From Minisyncoccota bacterium (GTDB taxonomy: Bacteria; Patescibacteriota; Minisyncoccia; Phycocordibacterales; SW-6-46-9): a DNA stretch of 64,000 nucleotides. The notes under the pieces were generated by a model. That model was not told the origin of the DNA. It made no database searches and saw nothing but the letters and a program-made list of their open reading frames with translations. Below are positions 39,997-48,772 of the stretch, piece after piece. The position numbers were made by a program, and so were the translations under genes. Location: positions 395,526 to 459,525 of the forward strand of contig JBBDRP010000002.1 of NCBI GenBank assembly GCA_040905385.1. Direction: 5' to 3'. The number at the start of each line of letters is the position of its first letter. Position 1 is the first letter of the stretch.

Positions 39997-41103
39997 ATGC
40001 CTTCAAAAAAACCAAAACAATGGGATAGCTTATTTTTCTGGCTGGTTCTTACCTTGGTATTTTTTGGTTTTCTCATCTTTATTTCGGCTTCGCTGGGGCT
40101 GTTTGCTCAGACAGAGACAAGCTTTGGATCAATTGCCTTTCGGCAGTTTCTGATTGGTATTGTGTTTGGTTTTGGATTTCTGTGGGGTGTATCGCATATT
40201 CCGTACACATACTGGAAGCGATTTGCTGTTCCATTCTTTTTGCTTTCACTTGGTGCTACACTTCTCGTGTTTGTGCCAAGTATTGGATTTACGTACAACG
40301 GCGCTACCCGCTGGCTTGATATATTCGGCGTATCCTTTCAACCAGTAGAGTTGCTTAAAATTGGTGTTGTGGTCTGTCTAGCTGCCTGGTTTGCTCATAC
40401 TGGTGATAAGATTAGGACTTTTAAGTATGGTGTGCTTCCATTTATTTTTATATTAGCTTTGGTAGCCGGAGTCCTGTTTGCTCAACCAGATACTGGAAGT
40501 TTTCTGGTTATTGGTATGACCGCAGCAGCCGTTTTTGTAGCGGCCGGTGCTCGGTGGACACATATACTTGGAATTGGATCGTTGGGTGGGATCGGGCTAA
40601 CAGCGCTGGTGTATTCGCGGCCATACTTGCAGGAACGATTGATTACTTTTATAAACCCGGCTGTTGATCCATTAGCTGGTGGATATCAGATCAAACAGTC
40701 TTTAATAGCAGTCGGATCAGGGGAATGGTTTGGTCGTGGGCTCGGGCAGAGTATTCAAAAGTTCAACTACGTACCTGAGCCGCTTGGCGACTCCATCTTT
40801 TCAGTCTTTGCTGAAGAATGGGGTTTTATCGGCTCGGTAATCCTTATTAGTCTGTTCGTGGCGATGGCATTACGAGGTTATAAAATAGCTGTAAATTGTA
40901 AGGATACCTTTGGTCAGTTACTGGTCGTGGGATTGGTTACTGCCATCGCGGCGCAGTCATTTGTGAATATTGCTGCGCTTATTGGAGTTATCCCACTTAC
41001 TGGATTACCACTTATCTTTGTTAGTCAGGGAGGATCTGCACTACTGATGGCTTTGGTATCCGTAGGAATAATACTGAATGTGTCACGTTATTCTTCAAAG
41101 TAA
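39997..41103 (+). CDS. ftsW: SEDS peptidoglycan polymerase FtsW
   Basis: NGATRWL, FQPVE, QPDTG, PLTGLPLIFVSQGGS. Confidence 0.9.
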   Translation: MPSKKPKQWDSLFFWLVLTLVFFGFLIFISASLGLFAQTETSFGSIAFRQFLIGIVFGFGFLWGVSHIPYTYWKRFAVPFFLLSLGATLLVFVPSIGFTYNGATRWLDIFGVSFQPVELLKIGVVVCLAAWFAHTGDKIRTFKYGVLPFIFILALVAGVLFAQPDTGSFLVIGMTAAAVFVAAGARWTHILGIGSLGGIGLTALVYSRPYLQERLITFINPAVDPLAGGYQIKQSLIAVGSGEWFGRGLGQSIQKFNYVPEPLGDSIFSVFAEEWGFIGSVILISLFVAMALRGYKIAVNCKDTFGQLLVVGLVTAIAAQSFVNIAALIGVIPLTGLPLIFVSQGGSALLMALVSVGIILNVSRYSSK

Positions 41104-41152
41104 TACGGAAAAGATGCTACTATTGTAAGTACATGTTTAAGCAGAGGATACT

Positions 41153-42295
41153 ATGCGAATAATTCTTACAGGTGGCGGAACTGGTGGTCATTTTTACCCG
41201 CTTATGGCGGTGGCAGATTCTGTGTATAAACAAGCTAGTAAAGGGAAAATACTGGGAGATCCAGATATATACTATCTTGCTCCAGAACCATACGATAGAA
41301 CTATGTTGAACAAGTATGGTGTTACGTTCCGGTCTGTTCAGGCAGGGAAGTCACGACCGGGATTTTCCTTCAAGAATTTTTTTGATTGGTTTAAGACAGG
41401 ATGGGGAGTTATTAAGGCCATCTGGACAGTGTTTGTAATTTATCCGGATGTAATATTTGCTAAGGGTGGATATGTGAGTTTTCCAGTTCTTTTAGCTGGA
41501 AGATTGCTGCGTATTCCGATTATTATCCATGAGTCTGATAGTGTTCCGGGTCGTGTTAATCGCTGGGCGAGTTCCTTTGCCAAACAAGTAGCCACCTCAT
41601 ACCCACAGGCAGCAAAGTTCTTTCCGGCAGAAAAAGTAGCTCTCACTGGTAATCCGATTCGAATGGAGGTGGCTGACCCAGCTCAGTCAGGAGCACGTGA
41701 GTTTTTGGACATGGACGAGAATATTCCAGTAATATTTGTGCTGGGCGGCTCACAAGGAGCACAAATCATCAACAGTGTTATTTTAGAGACATTGCCAAAA
41801 TTACTAGAATCATACTACGTCATACATCAGGTAGGAGAGAAGAATTTTAAAACCAGCCAAGAGACGACTGATTTTTTCTTTTCGGAGTTATCACGCTCGC
41901 AGCAGGAACTGCGTCGGCGATACAAACCGTTTGGATTTTTGGATGAAAATGCGATGAGAATGGCTGCCGGAGCGGCTGATATTGTTATATCTCGCGCGGG
42001 CTCAACAATCTTTGAGATTGCTGCCTGGGCGGTACCGAGCATCCTGATTCCGTTGGACATTGCCCACGCTGATCATCAGCGAAAGAATGCTTACGCGTAC
42101 GCTGCTACCGGCGCGTCGGTTGTAATTGATGAAGCTAATCTTGGTGATGATATATTACTATCAGAGATTCATAATATAATGGACAATTCCGAAAGGTATG
42201 AGAGTATGACAAAGGCAGCAGCCAGATTTGCTCGGCTGGATGCCGCTGAGGTAATAGCTGGAGAGATTATTCATATTGCTCGAAAGCACATGTAA
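41153..42295 (+). CDS. murG: MurG glycosyltransferase
   Basis: GGGTGGH, GGYVS, TGNPIR, GGSQGA. Confidence 0.95.
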   Translation: MRIILTGGGTGGHFYPLMAVADSVYKQASKGKILGDPDIYYLAPEPYDRTMLNKYGVTFRSVQAGKSRPGFSFKNFFDWFKTGWGVIKAIWTVFVIYPDVIFAKGGYVSFPVLLAGRLLRIPIIIHESDSVPGRVNRWASSFAKQVATSYPQAAKFFPAEKVALTGNPIRMEVADPAQSGAREFLDMDENIPVIFVLGGSQGAQIINSVILETLPKLLESYYVIHQVGEKNFKTSQETTDFFFSELSRSQQELRRRYKPFGFLDENAMRMAAGAADIVISRAGSTIFEIAAWAVPSILIPLDIAHADHQRKNAYAYAATGASVVIDEANLGDDILLSEIHNIMDNSERYESMTKAAARFARLDAAEVIAGEIIHIARKHM

Positions 42296-42307
42296 TTTAC
42301 GGTAACT

Positions 42308-43669
42308 ATGCCAAAAAAATCACTACAAAACGAGGTTGTGACCCGATTTCCTCCCAGTCCAACAGGGAATTTACATATAGGAGCAGCGCGTACAGCTCTC
42401 TTTAACTGGCTGTTTGCAAAACACCACGATGGTCGTGTTGTACTTCGGTTTGAGGATACTGATGTTGCTCGTAGTGACAAAAAGTATGCTGAAAATATCA
42501 AGGAAGGTCTCGAGTGGCTTGGGATTGATTATGATGGCCCCTACTGGCAGAGCGAACGAACTGATATCTATAAGGGTTATATTGAGAAGCTTCTGGAGTC
42601 GGGAGCGGTGTATGTTTCTGATGAGTCCAAATCAGAGGGCGATCGTGACGAGGTGATTCGCTTTAAGAACCCAAATAAAATTATTACCTTCGAGGATATG
42701 ATTCGTGGTGAGATCAGTGTTGACACGACCGATCTTGGAGATTTCGTGATTGCCAAAAGTGTCGATGAGCCGCTGTATCACCTGGCTGTTGTTGTCGATG
42801 ATCACGAAATGGGAATCACAAACGTAATTCGCGGTGATGAGCATATTGCCAATACACCGCGGCAGCTGCTGCTTCTTGAGGCGATGGAGGTCACGCCACC
42901 AACGTATGCCCACATTCCGCTCATTCTTGGGGATGACGGCAAAAAGCTTTCTAAACGCCACGGTGCGACTGGCCTGGATGTGTACCGTGATATGGGTGTT
43001 CTACCAGAGGGGATGATAAACTACTTATCTCTTCTTGGTTGGCACCCAAGTGATGATCAGGAGATTTTTACACCTAAAGAGCTAATTGCTGCCTTCACAA
43101 TTGATCGTGTACAGAAGAGTCCGGCTACTTTTTCGAAAGAGAAGCTCCGCTGGGTGAATCGCCAGCATATTTTAGAAATGACCGAGGAGGAGTTCTATGA
43201 TGAGGTGAAGGGGCAGATTCCGGCTGATATTACCAAGCTACCGCAGTACCATCTGGATCGGGTGCGAGCATCACTACCAATTTTTCGTGAGCGCATTGAG
43301 TTACTGTCGGATATTGTCGAGATGGCGGAAGCAGGTGAGATGGAGTTTCTTTTCGAGGCACCGGATTATGGAGCCGGGGATATCGCCTGGAAGGATGACA
43401 CTCCTGAGGAGACGGCTTCATATCTACAGAAGGTAGCTGATCTATTGGATGCAGTACCGGCCGATGATTTTGCTACCGAGCTAGTCAAGGACGCTGTCTG
43501 GGATTATGCGAGCGAAATAGGGCGGGGAAATGTTCTGTGGCCGACACGTTTCGCCCTCAGTGGACAGAAGCAATCACCCGGGCCATTTATGATTGCTACC
43601 GCAATAGGGAAGGAGGAGACGGTTTCTCGGCTGCAGACGGCTATCTCTAAGCTAAAGGATGAAAGCTAA
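42308..43669 (+). CDS. gltX: glutamate--tRNA ligase
   Basis: RFPPSPTGNLHIG, KLSKRHG. Confidence 0.96.
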   Translation: MPKKSLQNEVVTRFPPSPTGNLHIGAARTALFNWLFAKHHDGRVVLRFEDTDVARSDKKYAENIKEGLEWLGIDYDGPYWQSERTDIYKGYIEKLLESGAVYVSDESKSEGDRDEVIRFKNPNKIITFEDMIRGEISVDTTDLGDFVIAKSVDEPLYHLAVVVDDHEMGITNVIRGDEHIANTPRQLLLLEAMEVTPPTYAHIPLILGDDGKKLSKRHGATGLDVYRDMGVLPEGMINYLSLLGWHPSDDQEIFTPKELIAAFTIDRVQKSPATFSKEKLRWVNRQHILEMTEEEFYDEVKGQIPADITKLPQYHLDRVRASLPIFRERIELLSDIVEMAEAGEMEFLFEAPDYGAGDIAWKDDTPEETASYLQKVADLLDAVPADDFATELVKDAVWDYASEIGRGNVLWPTRFALSGQKQSPGPFMIATAIGKEETVSRLQTAISKLKDES

Positions 43670-44954
43670 TTTATTACAATCAGTTTTTACACTCGTTGTT
43701 GGCAGTATCTTGCTGCTTGTGCCGCTTTCCGCATGGGGACAGTCGTCTAATGAGCTGGAGGCTGAGATTGAGGAGCGCAGCGATCGAATTCGGCAGCTAG
43801 AGGAGGAGATTGGTCAGTATGAGGTCGAGCTGCAGGATACACGTCAGGAATCCTCAACGCTGCAGTCAGCAGTATCCCAACTGGACGAAAATGTTGACCG
43901 TATTTCGGGTCAAGTTGCCAACACACAGTCATCGATTAACAGGACACAGAAGGAGATTGCGAATTTAGAAGCATCAATTAGTGAAATTGAAAGGAGTATC
44001 AAGCAGAATCATTCAGCCATCGCCCAGATGGTGAAGGTAATGCAGCAGAATGATAACCAGACCTTTGTTGAGACAATTCTTAGTGCTGATACCTTTGGTC
44101 AGGCCTGGGAGCGCATTGATCAACTCCAGCAGATTCAGTCTCGTGTCCAAACCCAGCTAGAGGAGCTACGGACGAGTCGCGCCGAGCTTGCTTCTCAGCA
44201 GGCGGAGGCACAAGCCCAGCAGGCAGAGCTTCGTGGCTTACGCAGCGAGTACGCCGACCAGCAGGCGATAGTCGAGGACCAGAAACAGGAAAAGGCACGA
44301 CTGCTGGCAGCAACCAATCAGGAGGCAAGTGAGTACGAGCAGATGATTACGGAGCGGCGTCGGCTTAAAGAACAGTTTGAGGCTGAACTACGATCTTTTG
44401 AGGAGCAGCTAAACGCTCAGGCGAGTGGTGCGACGATCTCAGAGGACTCCGTGAGATTTTCCTGGCCGATCTCGCCAGTGGTGATTACGCAGCTTTTTGG
44501 TGGTACCGAGTTTGCTCGTCGTAATCCTGGTGTATACGGCCGACCATTTCATAACGGAACTGACTTTGGAGCACCAATTGGTACTCCAGTTACAGCTCCA
44601 GCCGGTGGAACTGTTCGTGGCAGTGGTAACACCGACGTTATAAGTGGCTGCTACTCATACGGTAAGTGGATTCTGGTTGATCATCCGACGGGCGTGTCGA
44701 CGCTGTATGCGCACCTATCGCAAATTGCTGTTCAACCAGGAGATCAGGTAGCCAGAGGAGATCGTATCGGTTATGTTGGAAATACCGGCTACTCGACCGG
44801 CCCGCATTTACACTTTACCGTCTACGTTCGTCAGGATGTCGAAATTGTGCGACTTGGCGATGTGAAGACGCGGACAAATTGTGCCTCAGCCGAAATACCG
44901 GTATCACCACTTGACAGTTATCTTAATCCGATGGATTATTTACCATCTAGGTAA
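43659..44954 (+). CDS. coiled-coil M23 peptidase (EnvC/CwlO-like)
   Basis: signal peptide, long coiled coil, HNGTD, STGPHLHF. Confidence 0.9.
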   Translation: MKANLLQSVFTLVVGSILLLVPLSAWGQSSNELEAEIEERSDRIRQLEEEIGQYEVELQDTRQESSTLQSAVSQLDENVDRISGQVANTQSSINRTQKEIANLEASISEIERSIKQNHSAIAQMVKVMQQNDNQTFVETILSADTFGQAWERIDQLQQIQSRVQTQLEELRTSRAELASQQAEAQAQQAELRGLRSEYADQQAIVEDQKQEKARLLAATNQEASEYEQMITERRRLKEQFEAELRSFEEQLNAQASGATISEDSVRFSWPISPVVITQLFGGTEFARRNPGVYGRPFHNGTDFGAPIGTPVTAPAGGTVRGSGNTDVISGCYSYGKWILVDHPTGVSTLYAHLSQIAVQPGDQVARGDRIGYVGNTGYSTGPHLHFTVYVRQDVEIVRLGDVKTRTNCASAEIPVSPLDSYLNPMDYLPSR

Positions 44955-44962
44955 TATATATT

Positions 44963-45241
44963 ATGAAGGAGTCTGGATTCATTCGTATAATTTTACTGAT
45001 TGTCGGCGTCATCATTTTACTGATGGTCAGCGGAATCGATGTTCGCGAAACAATCGAGTCAGTAGATGTTAGCAAACAGCTGGCAAATTTCCAGACGACT
45101 GCTATAAATTTTTACACCGGCCATATCCAGGAGCCACTGTATCGATTTGTGATCACACCAGCTGTGACGCTGTACGGATACATCAAACTTTACATAATAG
45201 ATGTTCTTGTTGAATTTATCCAGCAAAACACCGATATATAA
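44963..45241 (+). CDS. small membrane protein with pilin-like N-terminus
   Basis: MKESG-FIRIILLIVGVIILL. Confidence 0.55.
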   Translation: MKESGFIRIILLIVGVIILLMVSGIDVRETIESVDVSKQLANFQTTAINFYTGHIQEPLYRFVITPAVTLYGYIKLYIIDVLVEFIQQNTDI

Positions 45242-45640
45242 GGTTAAAATACTGATACAGGAGGCAAAATCTTTTAATATCACATAATAAGGCTTATATT
45301 AGGGCTATTTCGCCCAAACGCTCTAATTTGGCCATAGCGCGGTGTTTATACGAAAGAGGTGTCCTTGCACCTATATATGGGGCAAATAAGGCTAATAAGA
45401 GCCTGAATACACGAGAGGGCGTAAATTTATGATCCGGAAAGAGGTAAATCATGCGCAGACAGAATAAAAGCGAAAGTAAAATATAAAAATAAAAATATTT
45501 AAGGTTCAGGAGGGAATCCAGAGAATATTTTCATCATAAAAATCAGCCAGATAGTTGTTGAGGGTTGAGTAATGAAAGAGAAGAGAAGGTACTGTGGATA
45601 AGAGGTAAGTGAAAGCATGTATAATGGGCGCAGTGAATAA

Positions 45641-45668
45641 GGTTCGCATAATTTAACTTAACCGACTA
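45641..45668. other. dif-like Xer recombination site
   Basis: GGTTCGCATAA-TTTAAC-TTAACCGACTA, ~77 bp upstream of xer. Confidence 0.6.
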
Positions 45669-45744
45669 TATAGGGGATATTGAATGGGTCTGAGGCTCGG
45701 ATACAATGTACATAGCTCATTCTGTTAAATCGTAAGTTCTATAT

Positions 45745-46701
45745 ATGAAAAAAAGCTCAACACCAATAATAAAGCATCTCCATGACTTTCTCGACTGGAT
45801 CGATGTCGAGAAAGGCTTGGCTTCGACGACGCAGGAAAATTACGCTCGCTTCCTGGAACGCTTTTTTCAGTGGTTGAGAAACAATGATCTTACAGACCTG
45901 AAACCACATGAGCTCTCTGAGGATCATGTCTGGAAGTATCGTATTTATTTGGCTCGATACGCTAAAGGAACCGGATCCGAGGGGTTAAAGCGTAGCACCC
46001 AGCAGTACTACCTAATTGGCTTGCGGAGTCTGCTGCGATACTTTACCAAACGTGACATTACTTCCCTTCCCCCGGATAAAATTACGTTACCGAAGGATGA
46101 TACTGGTGATGAGGTACGAAACCTGACCATTGATCAGTTAAAAAAGATTTTTAAAGCACCAGATGTATCTACCAAAAGCGGTCTGCGAGATCGGACAATC
46201 CTGGAGACCTTTTTCTCTACCGGTATGCGAATATCTGAGCTGGTAGCTTTAGATAAGAAGCAGATTTCAAGTTCTATAAATAAAGACGAGCTGGAGCTGA
46301 GTATTACTGGTAAAGGTAGAAAAACTCGAACCGTTTACTTTTCGCCCCGAGCTCTGAAGTGGCTCGGCCGGTACCTGCAGTCACGCAAGGATGATGAGCC
46401 TGCCTTGTTTGTTAACTACCGAGCACCAAAGGATGCGTCACGGCGTCTGACACCTCGTTCAATTCAAAAACGGGTAAAAAAATATGCCGTATCCGCCGGT
46501 CTCCCGCAGGACACGACACCGCACGTGCTTCGACACTCTTTTGCAACAGATCTGCTGCGAAAAGGTGTTGATATCCGTATTCTGCAGGAGTTTCTCGGTC
46601 ACAGTAGTATTACAGCAACCCAGATATACACTCATGTAACCGACAAGCAGCTGCGGGATATACACGGTAAATTTCATGGTGGTGATGAACTAGATGAGTA
46701 G
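45745..46701 (+). CDS. XerC/D-type tyrosine recombinase
   Basis: TGMRISEL, GKGRKTR, HVLRHSFAT, LGHSSITATQIYTHV. Confidence 0.93.
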   Translation: MKKSSTPIIKHLHDFLDWIDVEKGLASTTQENYARFLERFFQWLRNNDLTDLKPHELSEDHVWKYRIYLARYAKGTGSEGLKRSTQQYYLIGLRSLLRYFTKRDITSLPPDKITLPKDDTGDEVRNLTIDQLKKIFKAPDVSTKSGLRDRTILETFFSTGMRISELVALDKKQISSSINKDELELSITGKGRKTRTVYFSPRALKWLGRYLQSRKDDEPALFVNYRAPKDASRRLTPRSIQKRVKKYAVSAGLPQDTTPHVLRHSFATDLLRKGVDIRILQEFLGHSSITATQIYTHVTDKQLRDIHGKFHGGDELDE

Positions 46702-46705
46702 ACTG

Positions 46706-46918
46706 TTATGCAACATCAAAATTTTCCCACCATGGCATGGCGATGTATAGAAAAGCAACCATAGGCACTAGAAAAATTCCGGTAAAGATTTTTACTGGTA
46801 CACTGGTGGTCTCCCAGCTGGGCTTTACCAGGTCAAGAAAGATTCCCATCGGAATGATGATAAAGCCTGATACGCCCTTAATAACGGCGCGTATGAATAT
46901 TTTGAGATTTTCTGACAT
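46706..46918 (-). CDS. small 2-TM protein, leaderless
   Basis: consensus TTGACA-N17-TATAAT-N6-ATG upstream. Confidence 0.65.
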   Translation of the reverse strand: MSENLKIFIRAVIKGVSGFIIIPMGIFLDLVKPSWETTSVPVKIFTGIFLVPMVAFLYIAMPWWENFDVA

Positions 46919-46991
46919 ATTTATATTATATAAGGTGTAGTATAGATTGTCAAACTAATAATCCATAACGTATAACGCAAATCTTGTAGCG

Positions 46992-47140
46992 AAAAAAACC
47001 GCCTAATTTAGAGATATGAGCACCTTCCTTCATAAATCTATAAGACCGCGATTATAAATCGTAGTCGCTAACTCAAAGCAGCCCAGTTGTTTTTACGTGC
47101 CTTATACTAAAGTCGAATTTGGTACTTCCCTACTAAATCG
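46992..47140 (-). ncRNA. candidate rod-shaped ncRNA, possibly 6S RNA
   Basis: long-range pairs ATTTAG/CTAAAT, AGTACC/GGTGCT, TATAAGGC/GTCTTATA around an unpaired bubble; ends in a T7 tract. Confidence 0.35.
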
Positions 47141-47167
47141 TGTATACAGTAAAAGTTAAGGTAGGTT

Positions 47168-47307
47168 ACCTTCAATGCGAATGTTCTCTTTTCTAGACCT
47201 CGCGCAAGGCGCTTAGCATGGTGTTCCTCGTACGCGGAACTGAGCGCCTGAGCGGATATAAGTCCTCGTCAGGGACTTATTTGTGTCTTAGAAAAGAGGA
47301 TATGAGC
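47168..47307. repeat. divergent third copy of the 147-bp element family (inverted)
   Basis: ACCTTCAATGCGA-stem...GCATGG..TTCC..GGAA...stem-GAGC matches the reverse complement of copies 1 and 2. Confidence 0.65.
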
Positions 47308-47633
47308 TATAGACCGGGACAATTCGAAGCCGGCTCATACCCGGCCGCTTCAGCTTCTTCAACACTATTAAAGTACAGACGATTTTCTGGACTAATGCGT
47401 TGCCCACCTCCACACCAGCGATAATGGTATTTATCTGAGTTTACCGACCCAACAAACAATCCGGCCGTCTCCGCATTTGAGAACGGAATCCTCTCGACTG
47501 TTACCGGGTGGGTTTTTTGCTCGCCACGAGCAATCCAACCTAATGCAAAGGAACTAAAGCCAATCAAGGCTATCAATACGGCGATGAATATATCAAATGG
47601 TATGTAACGTAGTTTTTGCTTGATGTTAGGCAT
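47307..47633 (-). CDS. membrane protein with Ada metal-binding-like domain
   Basis: GSVNSDKYH..WC..I...N...F.S.EEA..AGY.P...C. Confidence 0.75.
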   Translation of the reverse strand: MPNIKQKLRYIPFDIFIAVLIALIGFSSFALGWIARGEQKTHPVTVERIPFSNAETAGLFVGSVNSDKYHYRWCGGGQRISPENRLYFNSVEEAEAAGYEPASNCPGL

Positions 47634-47678
47634 CCTTTTATGTATACTTACGTACGTAAATAATACACTTTATTATCT

Positions 47679-47957
47679 ATGGCAACAACAAAATCCGCTG
47701 GAACAGCCTCGAACTTACGCGACTCTAACCCACAGTATCTGGGGGTTAAGCTGTCAGATGGTGCTCACGCACAGACTGGTTCAATCATCGTACGCCAACG
47801 CGGTACGAAGATCATGGCTGGTGATAATGTTGGTACTGGTAAGGATCATACGCTTTTTGCCAAGACTGATGGTACCGTGCGCTTCCGTCAGAAGAACCGC
47901 ACTCGCTTTAACGGCAAGACTGTAAAGAAGAAGTTTGTAGACGTGATCCCGGCTTAA
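47679..47957 (+). CDS. rpmA: 50S ribosomal protein L27
   Basis: [27 protein letters not shown]. Confidence 0.96.
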   Translation: MATTKSAGTASNLRDSNPQYLGVKLSDGAHAQTGSIIVRQRGTKIMAGDNVGTGKDHTLFAKTDGTVRFRQKNRTRFNGKTVKKKFVDVIPA

Positions 47958-47982
47958 GAAAAAAAGACAGGCAGATATAAGT

Positions 47983-48011
47983 AAAAACACCCGACATTTC
48001 TCGGGGTTTTT
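47983..48011. terminator. bidirectional terminator
   Basis: AAAAACACCCGA..TCGGGGTTTTT. Confidence 0.7.
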
Positions 48012-48035
48012 ACGTTACTGCCAGCAATTTTCTTA

Positions 48036-48755
48036 CTACTCGTTTCTCATCGAGGCACCCTTGGTAATCTCGATAACCTCATCAACATTATCGGTGATAA
48101 CAAACAAATCTGTGTCGTCTTCACTGATAGTTTTGAACGTCTGCTTCTGGACATTTTCCATAAAGTCCAGTAATGGGTTCCAGAAATCGGACCCAACCAG
48201 CACGATCGGTACACGGACAATCTTTCCTGTTTGTACTAATGTCAGAATTTCGAAAAATTCATCGAGCGTTCCAAATCCACCAGGAAAAAATAGGTAAGCT
48301 TCAGCAGAGAATGTCAGGGCCACCTTACGTGAAAAGAAGTAATGAAAGGATTCGTTCTCATTAACGTATGGATTCAACAACTGCTCGTTTGGTAGACTGA
48401 TATTTAATCCAAGAGAATGTCCCCTTCCCTCCCCTTCTGCCTGATCGGCTCCGCGGTTGGCTGCCTCCATGATCCCTGGTCCACCACCAGTAACAATGTC
48501 GATCCCGGACTCCGCTATACCTTGAGCGATTTTAACTGCTTTCTCGTAGTATGGGTTACCCTCGTCAAATCGAGCCGAGCCGAAAAAAGTTACAGAGTGA
48601 TCATGCTGACGAATAAAGTTGAGGCCACGGATAAACTCACGTCGAATAACGTGGATGCGGTGTCTAAGGTCTCTGTCTAGATCTTCCATCCGCAGTGGTT
48701 GCTTGTCAGCTTCACCACTAGATTTATTTACAATCGGTTTTTCTTCTGCAGACAT
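48036..48755 (-). CDS. LOG family nucleotide phosphoribohydrolase
   Basis: FGSAR, TGGGPGIMEAANRGA, PGGFGTLDE. Confidence 0.9.
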   Translation of the reverse strand: MSAEEKPIVNKSSGEADKQPLRMEDLDRDLRHRIHVIRREFIRGLNFIRQHDHSVTFFGSARFDEGNPYYEKAVKIAQGIAESGIDIVTGGGPGIMEAANRGADQAEGEGRGHSLGLNISLPNEQLLNPYVNENESFHYFFSRKVALTFSAEAYLFFPGGFGTLDEFFEILTLVQTGKIVRVPIVLVGSDFWNPLLDFMENVQKQTFKTISEDDTDLFVITDNVDEVIEITKGASMRNE

Positions 48756-48772
48756 AATTTATTATTAATATA

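Noticed and set aside
45745-46701. Prophage or integron integrase
   Set aside because: No phage genes, no IntI-specific insertion seen, no attC array; the dif-like site favours a chromosomal Xer.
46960-47300. tmRNA or RNase P RNA
   Set aside because: No tRNA-like ends with a tag frame, and no GAGGAAAGTCC-type P4 signature.
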